A stretch of 64,000 nucleotides of DNA from Ginglymostoma cirratum. Taxonomy: Eukaryota. Shown piece by piece: positions 39,720 through 51,180 of this stretch. The DNA lies in contig JAHRHZ010000248.1 in NCBI GenBank assembly GCA_024137785.1, positions 65,953,274 to 66,017,273 of the forward strand, given 5' to 3'. A program made the translations under genes and the position numbers. Position 1 is the first letter of the stretch. Every line of letters starts with the position of its first letter. The notes beneath the pieces were generated by a model. The model saw nothing but the letters and a program-made list of their open reading frames with translations, made no database searches and was not told where the DNA came from.

Positions 39720-41475
39720 GGGGTTAGAAATTAATGGGACTGAAAACTGAAATCCCAGGGTCTGATACCTGTTATCCCTGGGTACCAAAGATATCCATGG
39801 AAATAATGGACGCATTGGTTGTTGCAGAATTGTGCAGGGTCTGGAACAGTCCCAGCAGATTGGACAGCAGCAAATGCAACCTCACCGTTTTTAAAGGGAG
39901 GAGGGACAAAACCAGGAATTAGTTATTACTGTAACATCAGTAATAATGAAACTGCTGGAGTCTATTCTGAAGGATGTGATAGCACAGCACTTAAAAAGGT
40001 TTTATAATATCAGTGATTTTTTTTTTCATTTAGATGTAGGAGCAGAGCTAGAGACCTTCTCAGCCTATTGAGTCTCCTCTGCCATTCATTGGAATTGTGG
40101 CTAGTGTAATCCTCCTCAACTCCACTTGGCTACCTTCCCCACCACGCCCCCATAACCATTGATTTTCATTACTGATTTAAAAATCTGCATTGAACATACT
40201 TGACCCAAACACACACTCTAGTCATTTGTGGTAAAGGTTTCCACAGATTGATGAGAAATTTTGAGGGTAGTCACTTGTCTTAAATGTGATGCTCTTGAGG
40301 TTATGCCCTTGGATCCGAGAGTATATCCCCACCAGAAAAAACAACCTTTTCTCCTTCTATCACATCAACGCCAGCACCCAGTGTCTCTTCCCACCACCCC
40401 CCCCCCCCAACCAAGAAAACTTTGTTTCCTTTTTTTTTGAGAAGTCTAATGACTAACCTACTGAAACGCTTCTTGGAAGGCAGTCCTTCAAATTTGGTAT
40501 CAACCTACCGAACCTTGCTTGGATTGCCTCCAATGCTAGTATATTTTATGGAGTCAAAACTGTTCAGATTTCTAGACGTGGTATGACTAGTACATTGCAC
40601 AGTTCTGTCAGGACCTCTCTATTTTTATTCTCGTGTCCTTTTGCAAAAAAGATCACCAATCCATTTGCCTTCCCTATTTTCCATTCAACCTTGTCAGTGT
40701 TTTGTGATTCATGTATGAGAAATGCTAATAATGCTGTTTTCTACAGTCTATTTTTCAAATAATATTCAGGTCTTTCTGTCAAAGTAAAGAACTCTCATTT
40801 TCTGACATTGTATTTCATCTAGCATGTTTTTGCCCACTCTGCTAACCTTCATATGTCCCTCTAGAGATTCCTCATCCTCACTCCTTGCCTTCCCACCAAA
40901 TTTTGTCATCCACAAGCTACAGCTAGTAAGTGTTTGATAAACCTACTAGAGACTTTTCAGAATGTAATGAGTAGAATAGAGGAGGAAGAACCAGTGGAGA
41001 TGTGTTTGTATTATCTGAAAACTGGTGAAATATTTCCAGGTAAGAGGTTATTGTGCAAGATCAAATCACCTGGGATTGGTGGTAGTGTATTGGCATAAAC
41101 TTAAGAATTGGTTAACAGACGGAAAATAGCAAGAAGCAAGTCCCCTTCAGAATGGAAGGTGGTGAACCCACTTAATTTCCAAGTTTGCTGGCAGTACAAA
41201 ACTTGTTGGAAAGTTGTGATGAGAACATAAAGGCTTCAGGAAAATGAAGACCAGCTGAGTAGGAAAATAATGATCAGTTTAATAAATATAGATAAATGTA
41301 AAGTCCTCCACTTGGATAGCAGAACCAGAAAGACTGTGATTTTTAAATGGTAAAGTCAGATAAACATATGGATGATAATGGAATAGTGTAGGTTAGATGG
41401 GCTTCAGATTGGTTTCACAGGTCGGCGCAACATCGAGGGCTTGAAGGGCTTGTACTGTGCTGTTATGTTCTATGC
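39720..41475. mobile_element. Mosaic of CR1 remnants in both orientations
   Basis: SGTVPADWTAANATSPFLKGG on +, a minus-strand tail-to-RT remnant at ~40030-40920, and a short younger 3' end at ~41380-41473. Confidence 0.6.
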
Positions 41476-41829
41476 TGATTGCTGGGACAGTAGGAATGTC
41501 TCTTTTTCATTCATGTGTGGGGTGTAGGAGTTGCTGGCTCAGATAGCACTTATTAGCCAACCCTAACTGCCCACCGAGCAGTTCAGAGATGGCCATGACT
41601 CTGGGTCTACAGTCACGTAGTCCAGGCCAGGTAAGGCTGACTGGTTGCTGTCCCAAGAAAATATAATGGAACCAGATAGGTTTTTATTACAATAGACTAA
41701 TGGTGACCATGTAACCACAGTCAATCTGCTTTTATTGCAAATTTTTAATTGAATTAAAATCTCACCATCTGCTGTTTTGTGGGTTTTGAACCCATGAATT
41801 CAAACCATTAGCCTAGTGAAGAATTTTTT

Positions 41830-42945
41830 TCACCTGAGATGTGGGCATCACTTGGTAACTACTTTGCCCAGTCCTGGTTGCCGTTGAAGGTGGTAGTGAG
41901 CTGCATTGAACCTCTGCACTCCATTTGCTGTTGATACACAGACAATTGGGGAAGCACAGTGGTTAGCACTGCTGCCTCAGCGCCAGGGACCCGGGTTCGA
42001 TTCCAGCCTCGGGTGACTGTCTGTGTGGAGTTTGCACATTCTCCCTGTGTCTGCGAGGGTTTCCTCCGGATGCTCCGGTTTCCTCCCACGGTCCAAAGAT
42101 GTGCAGGTTAGGTGGATTGGCCATGCTCAATTGCCCGTAGTGTTCAGGGATGTGTAGATTGAGGGTTATAGGGGGATGGGTCTGGGTGGGATGCTCTGAA
42201 TCGGTGTGGACTTGTTGGGCCGAAGGGTCTGTTTCCACACTGTAGGGATTCTATGAATCCCACTAGGTAGGGAGTTCCAGGATTTTGACTTGGCAACAAT
42301 GAAGGAATGTTGCAATACTTCTGAATTAGGATGGTGAGTGACTGGAGGGGAGCTTGCAGGTTGATATTCCCATGTGTTTTCTGGGCTTGTACTTAGTGTT
42401 GTTTTGGTTTGGATTGTGCTGTCTGAGGATCTTTGAATTTCTGATACTCCTGAGTGTCAAGTGAGGAAGTGAATGTTTTGTGGGTGTGTTTCCAACCAAG
42501 TGGGTGTTGGTGACCTGGATGGTGTTGAGCTGGAGTGCAACACACTGAAGCAAGTGGGAGAGTATTCCATCACACTCCTGACTTGTGCCTTGTAGATTGT
42601 GGACAGGATTTGGAGACTTGGGTGTCTCTTGCTGGAGGATTCCAAGTCTCAGACATGCTATTGTGGCCAATATATTTATCTGGCTGGATCACTTCAGCTT
42701 CTGGTGAAAGGCAACCCCAGCATGTTGACAGTGGGGATTTGGTGATGCCACTGAACATCAAGGGACAATTCTCTCATTGGAAATGGTCACCTTGCTTGGT
42801 ACTTTTGAATGTTGCCCAGGTCTCGTTGCATTTGGGCTGCTTGGGTAGCTGAGGAGTTGCAGATGTTACTGAACAGGGGACGGTCGTCAAAAAACATTCC
42901 CTCTTATGATAGAGGGAAAGTCATTTAAAGCAGCTGAAGATTGTT
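41830..42945 (-). mobile_element. Old LINE remnant (L2/CR1-group) interrupted by HE1
   Basis: Minus-strand STIYKAQVRSVMEYSP in ORF 42457-42645. Confidence 0.65.
41948..42256 (+). mobile_element. Full-length HE1-type V-SINE
   Basis: CAGTGGTTAGCACTGCTGCCTCA, B box GGTTCGATTCC, V domain TGTGTGGAGTTTGCACATTCTCCC...GGGTTTCCTCCGG, and a 3' tail shared with the CR1 copies. Confidence 0.92.
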
Positions 42946-43107
42946 GGTAGATAAAATAGGAGGCTGGAAGAATACAGCAAGCAAGGATGTATCTGGAGGC
43001 AAGGAGCAGTCAATTATTAGTCCTGAAGAAGGGACTAATAGTTGGACTTAGGGCATTCCTCAGATCTCAAAGATCCTGGAGCTGAGATGACTGATCTCAA
43101 ACAACCA

Positions 43108-43645
43108 CAGCAAATCATATTCAGCCTGGGAACCCTGCAGCCCAATGGCATCAAGTGGATTTCACAAGCTTCAAAATCTCCCCTCCCCCAACCGCATCCC
43201 AAAACCAGCCCAGCTCATCTCCACCTCCCTAACCTGTTTTTCCTCTCACCTCAAGCCACACCCCCATCTCCTATCTACTAACATCATCCCGCCCCCTTGA
43301 CCTGTCTGTCCTCCCTGGACTGACCTATCCCCTCCCTACCCCCCCACCTACACTCACCTTTACTGGCTCCATCCCCGCCTCTTCGACTTGTCTGCCTCCT
43401 CTCCACCTATCCTCTCCTCNNNNNNNNNNNNNNNNNNNNNNNNNNNNNNNNNNNNNNNNNNNNNNNNNNNNNNNNNNNNNNNNNNNNNNNNNNNNNNNNN
43501 NNNNNNNNNNNNNNNNNNNTTTATTTCAGAACCCTCTTCCCCTCCCCCATTTCTGATGAAGGGTCTCGGCCCGAAACGTCAAGTTTTCCTGCTCCTATGA
43601 TGCTGCTTGACCTGCTGTGTTCATCCAGCCCCATGCTTGTTATCT
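43108..43645 (+). mobile_element. Young PLE 3' fragment with intact hammerhead core (43553-43580), spanning an assembly gap
   Basis: Near-identical to 22160-22633 (QQIIFSLGTLQPNGI, polypyrimidine tract, pLTR). Confidence 0.9.
43420..43519. other. Assembly gap (100 N)
   Basis: Run of 100 N. Confidence 0.99.
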
Positions 43646-44759
43646 CTCAATAATAAGCATCTTAGTTTGTGCCTCATAGACTTGAATCGGTGAAAAGTCT
43701 TCCCTGTGATCCCCATTCACTGCAATTTTGCAGTTGGACCACCCCTGTCTCCCTGCTGGATAACGTTTTCTTTCTTTTTGGGTCATGTGCTGCCCAATAT
43801 TTACATGCTTTGCTTGGGCATAGGTCTGTCCCTGTTTGCTGAAAACAAATTCTCATTTGGCCTGGAATGTGTCTCATGATGTAAAACATTTGTTCACCCA
43901 TGTGATTTTCCAGCTGATGGATAATCACAACTTCTGCACATCTCAGTCACTTTCTTGAGTAAACCTCTTGTGACTAACAAACTAGGAGCAAGAGAAAGCC
44001 ATTTGACCCTTCAAACCTCCTTTTCCCCCATTGTATTAGATCATGGCTGATTCTCCTGTCTTACTGCCATGTTCCTACTTTCTCCATGCTTCTGCCTTTA
44101 AAATCAAAAGATCTGTCTGTCTCGAAGATATTTGATAATATGGCCTCCTTAGCCTTCTATAATAGAGAATTCCATTTGGACCTATGTCTAAAATGTCCAT
44201 CTGAGATTATTTTTCAGTCATCCAAGCTCATAGGATACAGCTGGATCGCACTGATCAACAGTCTCGTGCTTTCCTTGAGTGCTGACTAAATACTCTAAGT
44301 GCCTTATTAGATTCTCTGGTTTTTCTGCTCCTTCAATTTAGGCTGCAATGAAATTTGCACACTTTCCACAGTATGGATAGCTGGTTGCTACTAAATTGTA
44401 TGATTGTTTTCTAATTAGTTCTGTTGTTATCTTTTTATTTCTGACACTGAGTGGGGAAAAATGTCAGTTCTGTCATCTTGCTTCATGTCCACAGCAGCAG
44501 GGAGTGGAAAATCTGAAGCTTTTATGGACTCTTCCAGCAATTCCAACCTGCTTTTAGTAAAACCAAAAGTTGTTTTCCTAATTTTAAGCTGTTCTCCAAG
44601 CTTGAATAAACTAATGTTACAGCAGCTCAATACCATATTTCAAATGGTGTTCATTTGCTGCTGCAGACTCTGCAAACAAGCATGAGAGCAGACAGAGGCT
44701 ATGTGACTAAGGCAAGCTGGGCAGTAGACACTGCAGATTATTCCAAGCAGAAGTGTTTT

Positions 44760-45076
44760 GGGCAGCACGATGGCTTAGTGGTTAGCACTGCTGCCTCACT
44801 GTGCTAGGGACTTGGGTTCGAATCCACCTCAGTTGACTGTCCGTGTGGAGTTTGCACATTCTCCCGTGTCTGCGTGGGTTTCCTCTGGGTGCTTAGGTTT
44901 CCTCCCACAGTCCAAAGATATTCAGGCTAGGTGGATTGGCCATACTAAATTGGCCATAGTGTTCAGGGATGTGTAGATTAGGTGGGTTATAGGGGGATGG
45001 GTCGGTGTGGACTTGTTGGGCTGAAGGGCCTGTTTCCACACTGTAGGGATTTTTATGATCTATGATTCTATGATCT
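44760..45076 (+). mobile_element. HE1-type V-SINE
   Basis: Same head, B box (GGTTCGAATCC) and V domain as 41948-42256. Ends in TATGAT(T)C repeats. Confidence 0.9.
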
Positions 45077-45649
45077 GTTGAATTGTTGGAACAAGGCAGT
45101 TTTAAAGTCAGTTGAGTAAAGCTGTAAATGACTACAGGGTAATAGTTGAGGAGGAACACGAGAAATCTGGCCAATCATTTAATTGTGATTGAATCGGGCT
45201 TGATTTAATGACAATCAAGTGCTTGCTGTGGATCTCCAGCTGCTCATGAAGATCTTTTGATCTTCGAGTTTGTATTTTTCCAAAAGTTTTCTTTTGAATT
45301 TGGTGCTAATTTGAAGCGATTTCTATGTACCCAGTAAACGTGACATTAAGCATTCCGTGACACTGAAGTAATCAGATGGTAAATCAGGAAGTAAGGTTTT
45401 TTTCTAGGATCAAATAAATGTGAAGCAAATGTGCTTTTAAGGTAACAGCTGAAACATACCCAATAATAAACTTCAAATGTATTTCTTTCATGAGGTTCAG
45501 TATTGTTCTCAGAGCTAGCTTGGATGTTGGCCAGGTGTTGATTGACAGCTTATACTCAATGGTGCTGTTGTGTGATCATGATTGAACATTGCCGCGTTTC
45601 TTCTTTTCAGTTGGAGGGAAGATGATTAACACAGATGAAACTGGTTGTG

Positions 45650-46625
45650 TCTAGATGGGCCAGTGGGCTTAAGAGTGGCAGATGGGGATTTAATTTAGAT
45701 AATGGAAAGGCAAGTCAGGGCAGGACATAAACACATAATGGTAAGGTTCTGGGGAATGTTGAACAAAGAGACTCGAGTGCAGGTTCATAGTTCCTTGAAA
45801 GGGGAGTTGCAGGTAGATAGGACAGTGAAGACGTTTGGTTTGTCTTTATTGGTTGGTGCATTGAGTATAGGAGTTGGGAGGTCATGCTGTGTCTGTACAG
45901 GACATTGGTTCAGCCACTTGGAGTATTGCATGCAATTCTGATCTTCCTATAAGAAGGATGTTGTGAAGCTAGAAAGGGTTCAGAAAAGATTGGAGGTCCA
46001 ACCCTGCTTCCTTGACCTTACACAACCTGTCCATCTTTTTCGACATCTGTACCACTCCCTCCCTGCGCTCACCTACCTTCCCCAGCCTAACCCTTCCCCT
46101 CTCTCTTTTTATTTCCTAGCTCACTTCTGAAGGAGGGTCCTGGCCTGCTCTGTTCCTCCAGTTCCACACTGTTGTCTCTGACTCCAGCATCCGTAGTTCT
46201 TGCTATCTCTCCTTTTGAGGATGTTGCTGGGATTGAAGGGTTTGAACTGTAGGGAGAGGCAGAATGAACTAGGGCTGTTTTCCCTAGAGTGTCAGAGGCT
46301 GAGGGGCATGGGGGTGAATGGACAAGGTCCTTTCCCTGGGGTGGGGGAATACAAAACTAGAGGGCATAGGCCCCTGGTGAGAGGGGAAAGACATAAAAGG
46401 GACCTAAGGGGCACTTTTTTTTTTCATGCAGAGGGCAATGCATGTATGAAATGAGCTGCCAGAGAAAGTAGTGGAGGCTGGTAAAATGCAACCTTTAAAA
46501 GGCACCTGGATGGGTATATGGGCCAAATGCTGGCAAATTGGACTAGATTTATATAGGATATCTGGTCAGCATGGACGAGTTGGACCGAAGGGTCTGTTTC
46601 TGTGCTGTATATCACTGACTCGATG
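45650..46625 (+). mobile_element. CR1 3' region containing a PLE pLTR fragment at ~45991-46210
   Basis: HLEYCMQF and KTRGHR motifs and a CR1 tail. The inserted pyrimidine-rich segment ends in CCTGCTCTGTTCCTCCAG...CTCCAGCATC. Confidence 0.75.
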
Positions 46626-47337
46626 CCTATCTTGAGCTCCTAAAGGGCTCCTCAGATGCAGTGGTAGTGTCCCTAATCCTAGACTAGAAGGGAAGGTTTT
46701 AAATGCCACCTGCTGCAGAGACGTGGAATAACATCTCTGAACAGGTGGTTAACAGAATATCTACCTTGATCTCCAACATTGGTGTCTTTGGACTTGAATG
46801 ACCTCCAACCAGCACAGTTGTCTTTTGAGAATTGGTTTTAGCTAGTGGAGTAGGCTCTTCTCTTCCTTCCCACAGCCCTGTTCAAATTCCACATGTACTC
46901 CAATTTTTCCAGGGCTCTGCAATACCACATGAATATTGCTGTGAGGGCAGTCTTACTTCTATCACTTCTGGAGATCAGCTGTTTGAGATGTCGTTGGATC
47001 AAGGCTGTAATGAGGTCCAGAGCTAGATGACCCTGGCATAAATTTTAACTGGGCCTTGGAGAGCAGAATTGTGTGAATGTGTGGAAAGCAGGGTAGTAGT
47101 TTTCCAGGTTCTGTTTTTGTATTGTTTACAACTGCCCAATTTCCATCAGGTTTTTACTGCTAAATAACAATTCTCATTAATTCCCATATTTCAAATTGAT
47201 TGTGTTAATGGACCTGAACCATGCATCTTGAAGCAATATAACATTGCACCAACAAATCCTAGATTTCTGCATTTTAACTGTGCATTTGTAGATTTCTGAA
47301 CTTGTTGCTTTTGAGGACCAATAGCAGTCATGGCTGA

Positions 47338-47474
47338 GAGAAAAGGTACGGCAGATGCTGGAGAATCCGAGATAACCAGCATGGGGCTGGATGAACACAG
47401 CAGGTCAAGCAGCATCACCTGCTCCTATGATGCTGCTTGACCTGCTGTGTTCATCCAGCCCCATGCTTGTTATC
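47338..47474. mobile_element. Young fold-back PLE pLTR insertion with 16-bp TSD
   Basis: 48-bp arms at 47370-47417 and 47428-47475 (1 mismatch) around a 10-nt loop. TAGCAGTCATGGCTGA is duplicated at 47322-47337 and 47475-47490. Confidence 0.92.
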
Positions 47475-47613
47475 TAGCAGTCATGGCTGATGTTGGTTTC
47501 ATCATGACTTAGCAAAGTAAGACCAATGTAAACAATACTGCAGATCTTAATTTTGGTGTTTTACTGTTAACTGTGTTGAATTTATCAGGTTTTACAGCAC
47601 TGTAACACTTAGT

Positions 47614-49212
47614 TAACTGGCCACAGTTAACTGAAACAGTATCTCCAGAGTTTGCTGTAATACACTTGAACTAATATTTACTGCAGAACTCCACTTGATC
47701 TGCAAGCGCTCAGCTGACTTGAGTAGCCCAAGTCAAAGTTCCATTCTGCATTTGGCTACATTCTTTGACTTTTGAAGTCCAACTCCAATTGTCTGCCAAG
47801 TATTTAAATAAACCTTTGACCTGGCCGAATAGCTTTGGACATCTGGATTAAATGAAGGGAAATGAAATTGAGACTGACGTATTCGTCTGCTAGTGGTTAC
47901 TGAGTGCAAGTATTTTATCCAATTCCACGTATTGAAATCTACTAGTAAATAAAAATGAGCTTTGTCTATGTTTAACTTTTTGGTATCTGCAAAATACTGA
48001 TCCATCTGCTTGAAGAGATTTTATTGTGGTGAGGGAGGCCACTTGGCCCATGGTATCTGCACTTTTTTTTTCAAATGAGCATCATGAATTGGTGTCATTC
48101 TCCTGCCCTTGCATGCTTGATTCTCTTGGGCAGGAACAGTTCTTCCTCTTTACTAACCAGACCTCGTAATTTTGGAGACAGGTCCAAGGAGTATTTCCTT
48201 TCATCTTTCTTCCAATTTCTCTAGTTTTTAAAAACTGTAGTACCTCACCCCTGGCCTTGTCATAAATAACCTTGTCACACTCTCCAATACACTGAAGGTT
48301 AATGTGGCACCCAGAACTAATACACAAGACTCAAGCTGAGGTTGAACTATAGCGTCTACAAAGGTTCAGCATTTGTTCTGTTCTTGTACTCTATGCCCCT
48401 AATAACGAAACCTAACACACCAAATGCTTAATTGCCGTCTACCTGTTCTGTGTGCAAATCCAGGTCTCTCTGCTCTTCCACATCATTTAGAATAGTGTCC
48501 TTTATTTTTGTACTGGTTCTCCATGTTCTTGTGAGGTGATGCAGCTTACAAGATTTTGCTAAATTTATTGTAATCACTGCTCACTCCAACTTTAAGTCCT
48601 ACCATGTTTTTGCAATTTACAATGCTTCCAACATGTTATCAACAGTAAGCTTAAATTGTACCCTGAACTCCCAAGACTTTAAATCACTAGGAATGAGTTA
48701 GTCCTTTTTGCTATCCTCTATGATTTAGGTGTCAGTTATTATCCTAAAACCCCTCACTTCACTTCTTTTCAGTTGTTTTCTAGACTTATGAGAATTGTGT
48801 TTAGCTTGGTTCTCAGTTGTATTTCCTACCTGACACTTTGTTTCTGTTCTAAGTTTCTTTGTTCATCAAAACTGTTGATGTCTGTCTAGCTGCCTTGTCT
48901 CTTTGAGGGAATATACTTTCTGTATCTAAACCAGTCTGAAAAGAGTCTTGAGCCCCAATTTGTTAGAAGAATCAAAATGAGTTATGTAGCTGTTAAAGAT
49001 CTGGGTTTCCTCATTTTAAAATTTACCCTGGGAAAACTGCTGCCCTTGGTCTGCCTTCCAGTCAACTGGCCATAAATGCAGAATGGAACTTTGGCTTGGA
49101 CTACAAGTCAGCTGAGTTCTTGCAGATGAAGTGGGGTTCTGCAGTAAATATTAGTTCGAGTGTTACAACAGCAAACCCTGGAGATACTGTTTCCGTTAAC
49201 TGTGGCCAGTTA
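47614..49212. repeat. Inverted repeat pair of ~140 bp (47614-47753 and 49074-49212)
   Basis: TAACTGGCCACAGTTAAC.GAAACAGTATCTCCAG.GTTTGCTGT...AAAGTTCCATTCTGCATTT is present on + in the left arm and on - in the right arm, with scattered mismatches. Confidence 0.9.
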
Positions 49213-50399
49213 GCCAACCATACAAATGTGGTTGACTGTCATCCAGTAGGAAAGTGAGCTACTTGTATTTAAAAACACATGTATTGTTATAGTGAGGACT
49301 ACAATTATTGAAGTTAACCCACTGCCATCTGTCCAGAGCATTCCACCATTAATCCTGACACCAGCTAATTTCCACTTTTTTGATTACCCAATTTTAACTT
49401 GAATAATTTTTGGTTCTAGGAACAACAATGTTCTGAAGAATACAAGTGACTAAAAGTATAATGCAAAATTAGTTTGGGAAATGCTTTTATGAGGTTGTAG
49501 ATATGTTCACAGAGCCATTGGGTTTGGTTGCAAATATTTTGTCACCCTGCTAGGTAACATGGTCAGTGCGCCTCCAGTGAAGCATTGCTGTTCTGTCCCA
49601 TTTTGTTATTTACATATCTCGGTTTGTTGGGGTGTTTGGTACCACTTTGGGTTTTGTCTGTATACTGGGTCCAGTTCAATGTGTTTGGAGTTTGGTTAGA
49701 AAACCAGGCCTCCAGGAATTCCCTGGCATGTCTCTGTTTGGCTTGTCATTCCAGTTGAATTCGTGTCCCTCATTGTCAGTGTGTAGTGAGAATTGGTTGT
49801 GTCTCTCGGTGGCTAGTTGGTGTTCATGTATCTGTCCTGTTGGTTTTCTGGTTTGGCCTATGTGGTGTTTCTCAGTCCTTACAGGGTATTTTGTATATTA
49901 CCCCAGTTTTGGGTATGGGATCCTTTTACGTTTGTCAGTAGCTGTTGTCGGGTGGTTGGTTTGTCGGCTACTCTGATTATTAGGAGTCTGAAATAGTCTT
50001 GTCTCTGAAATGTCCTTTATGTACAGTAGGGTAATTTTAGTGATTCTGGTCATGTGTCTTCCTGTCGTCTGTCTCAGAGGTAATGGCGGATTGTGCTTTT
50101 CAGGTATCCATTCCTTTTTACGCCTCCATATAGGTGCTCCTGTTATGCTTTGTCTAATTCCCAGTTGCTGCAATGTGTTGTGGCTCATTTAAATAACATC
50201 CTGAAGCATCTCTATTTGTGGGTGTTGGGGTAGTTGAGAGTGCAAGTGAGTATCTGGTCAGTATGTGTGGTCTTTCTATATATGCTAGCCTGGAGTTCCC
50301 CCATTGTTGTGTTCTACCACTTCGGTCCAGGAAGGGCAGTTGGTTGTCCTTTTTCTTTTTGTGAATTTTATCCCAGTAAGGATGTTTGTGTCGGTGGGT

Positions 50400-51180
50400 T
50401 TCTTGGGGTCCACGTCTATCAATCTCTGAAAGTTGCTATCCAAGTTGATAGGGTTATGAAGAAGGCATATGGTGTGTTGGCTTTCATTGACAGGGGAATT
50501 GAGTTTAAGAGCCATGAGGTTATGGTGCAGAGACAAGAGGAACTGCAGATGCTGGAGAATCCGAGATAACAAGGTGTGGACCTGGATGAACACAGGCCAA
50601 GCAGCATCATAGGAGCAGGAAAGCTTGATGTTTCGGGTCTAGACCCTTCATATGCTGCAGCTCTATAAAACCCTGGTCAGACAACACTTGGAATATTGTG
50701 TTCAATTCTGGTCACCTCCCTATAAAAAGGATGTGGAAGGTTCTTGAGAGGGTGCAGAAGAGATTTACCAGGGTATTGCCTGGACTGGAGGGCAGGTCAT
50801 ATGAGCAAAGATTGAGGGAGCTAGGGCTTTTTTGTCCCATTTGGAGCAAAGAAGGATAGATGACTTGACAGAGATTAACGAGATGATGAGAGGCATAGAT
50901 AGAGTGGATAGCCAGAGACTCTTTTCCAGGGTGGAAATGACTATTACGAGGGGGCATAATTTTAAGGTGATTGGAGGAAGGTATAGGGGAGATATCGGAG
51001 GTAGGTTCTTCACACGGGTGGGCGTGTGGAATGCGCTGCCAGCAGTGGTAGTGGTGTCTGATACTGGAGACTTTTAAGCATATCTTGGATGGGCACATGG
51101 AGGATAGTGAAATGTAGCATATGCAGGGTAGATTGATCTTAGGATAATAAGTCAGCGCAATATTATCAGCTGAAGGGCGA
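50400..51180 (+). mobile_element. CR1 3' fragment, same subfamily as 7580-8170
   Basis: QVDRVMKKAYGVLAFIDRGIEFKS and TRGHNFKVIGGRYRGD. Confidence 0.85.
50531..50650 (-). mobile_element. PLE pLTR fragment with 10-bp TSD
   Basis: Reverse complement of the pLTR at ~15-137. Flanked by TATGGTGCAG (50521-50530) and TATGCTGCAG (50651-50660). Confidence 0.85.

Noticed and set aside
3063-44830. tRNA-like A/B boxes at the heads of the SINEs
   Set aside because: They continue into V-domain and LINE-derived tails, so they are SINE heads rather than tRNA genes.
45595-45650. Acceptor-like TTTCTTCTTTTCAG at 45610 (a similar one ends at 11720)
   Set aside because: No convincing paired donor or coding frame. 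Such motifs are common in long introns and cannot be called without RNA data.
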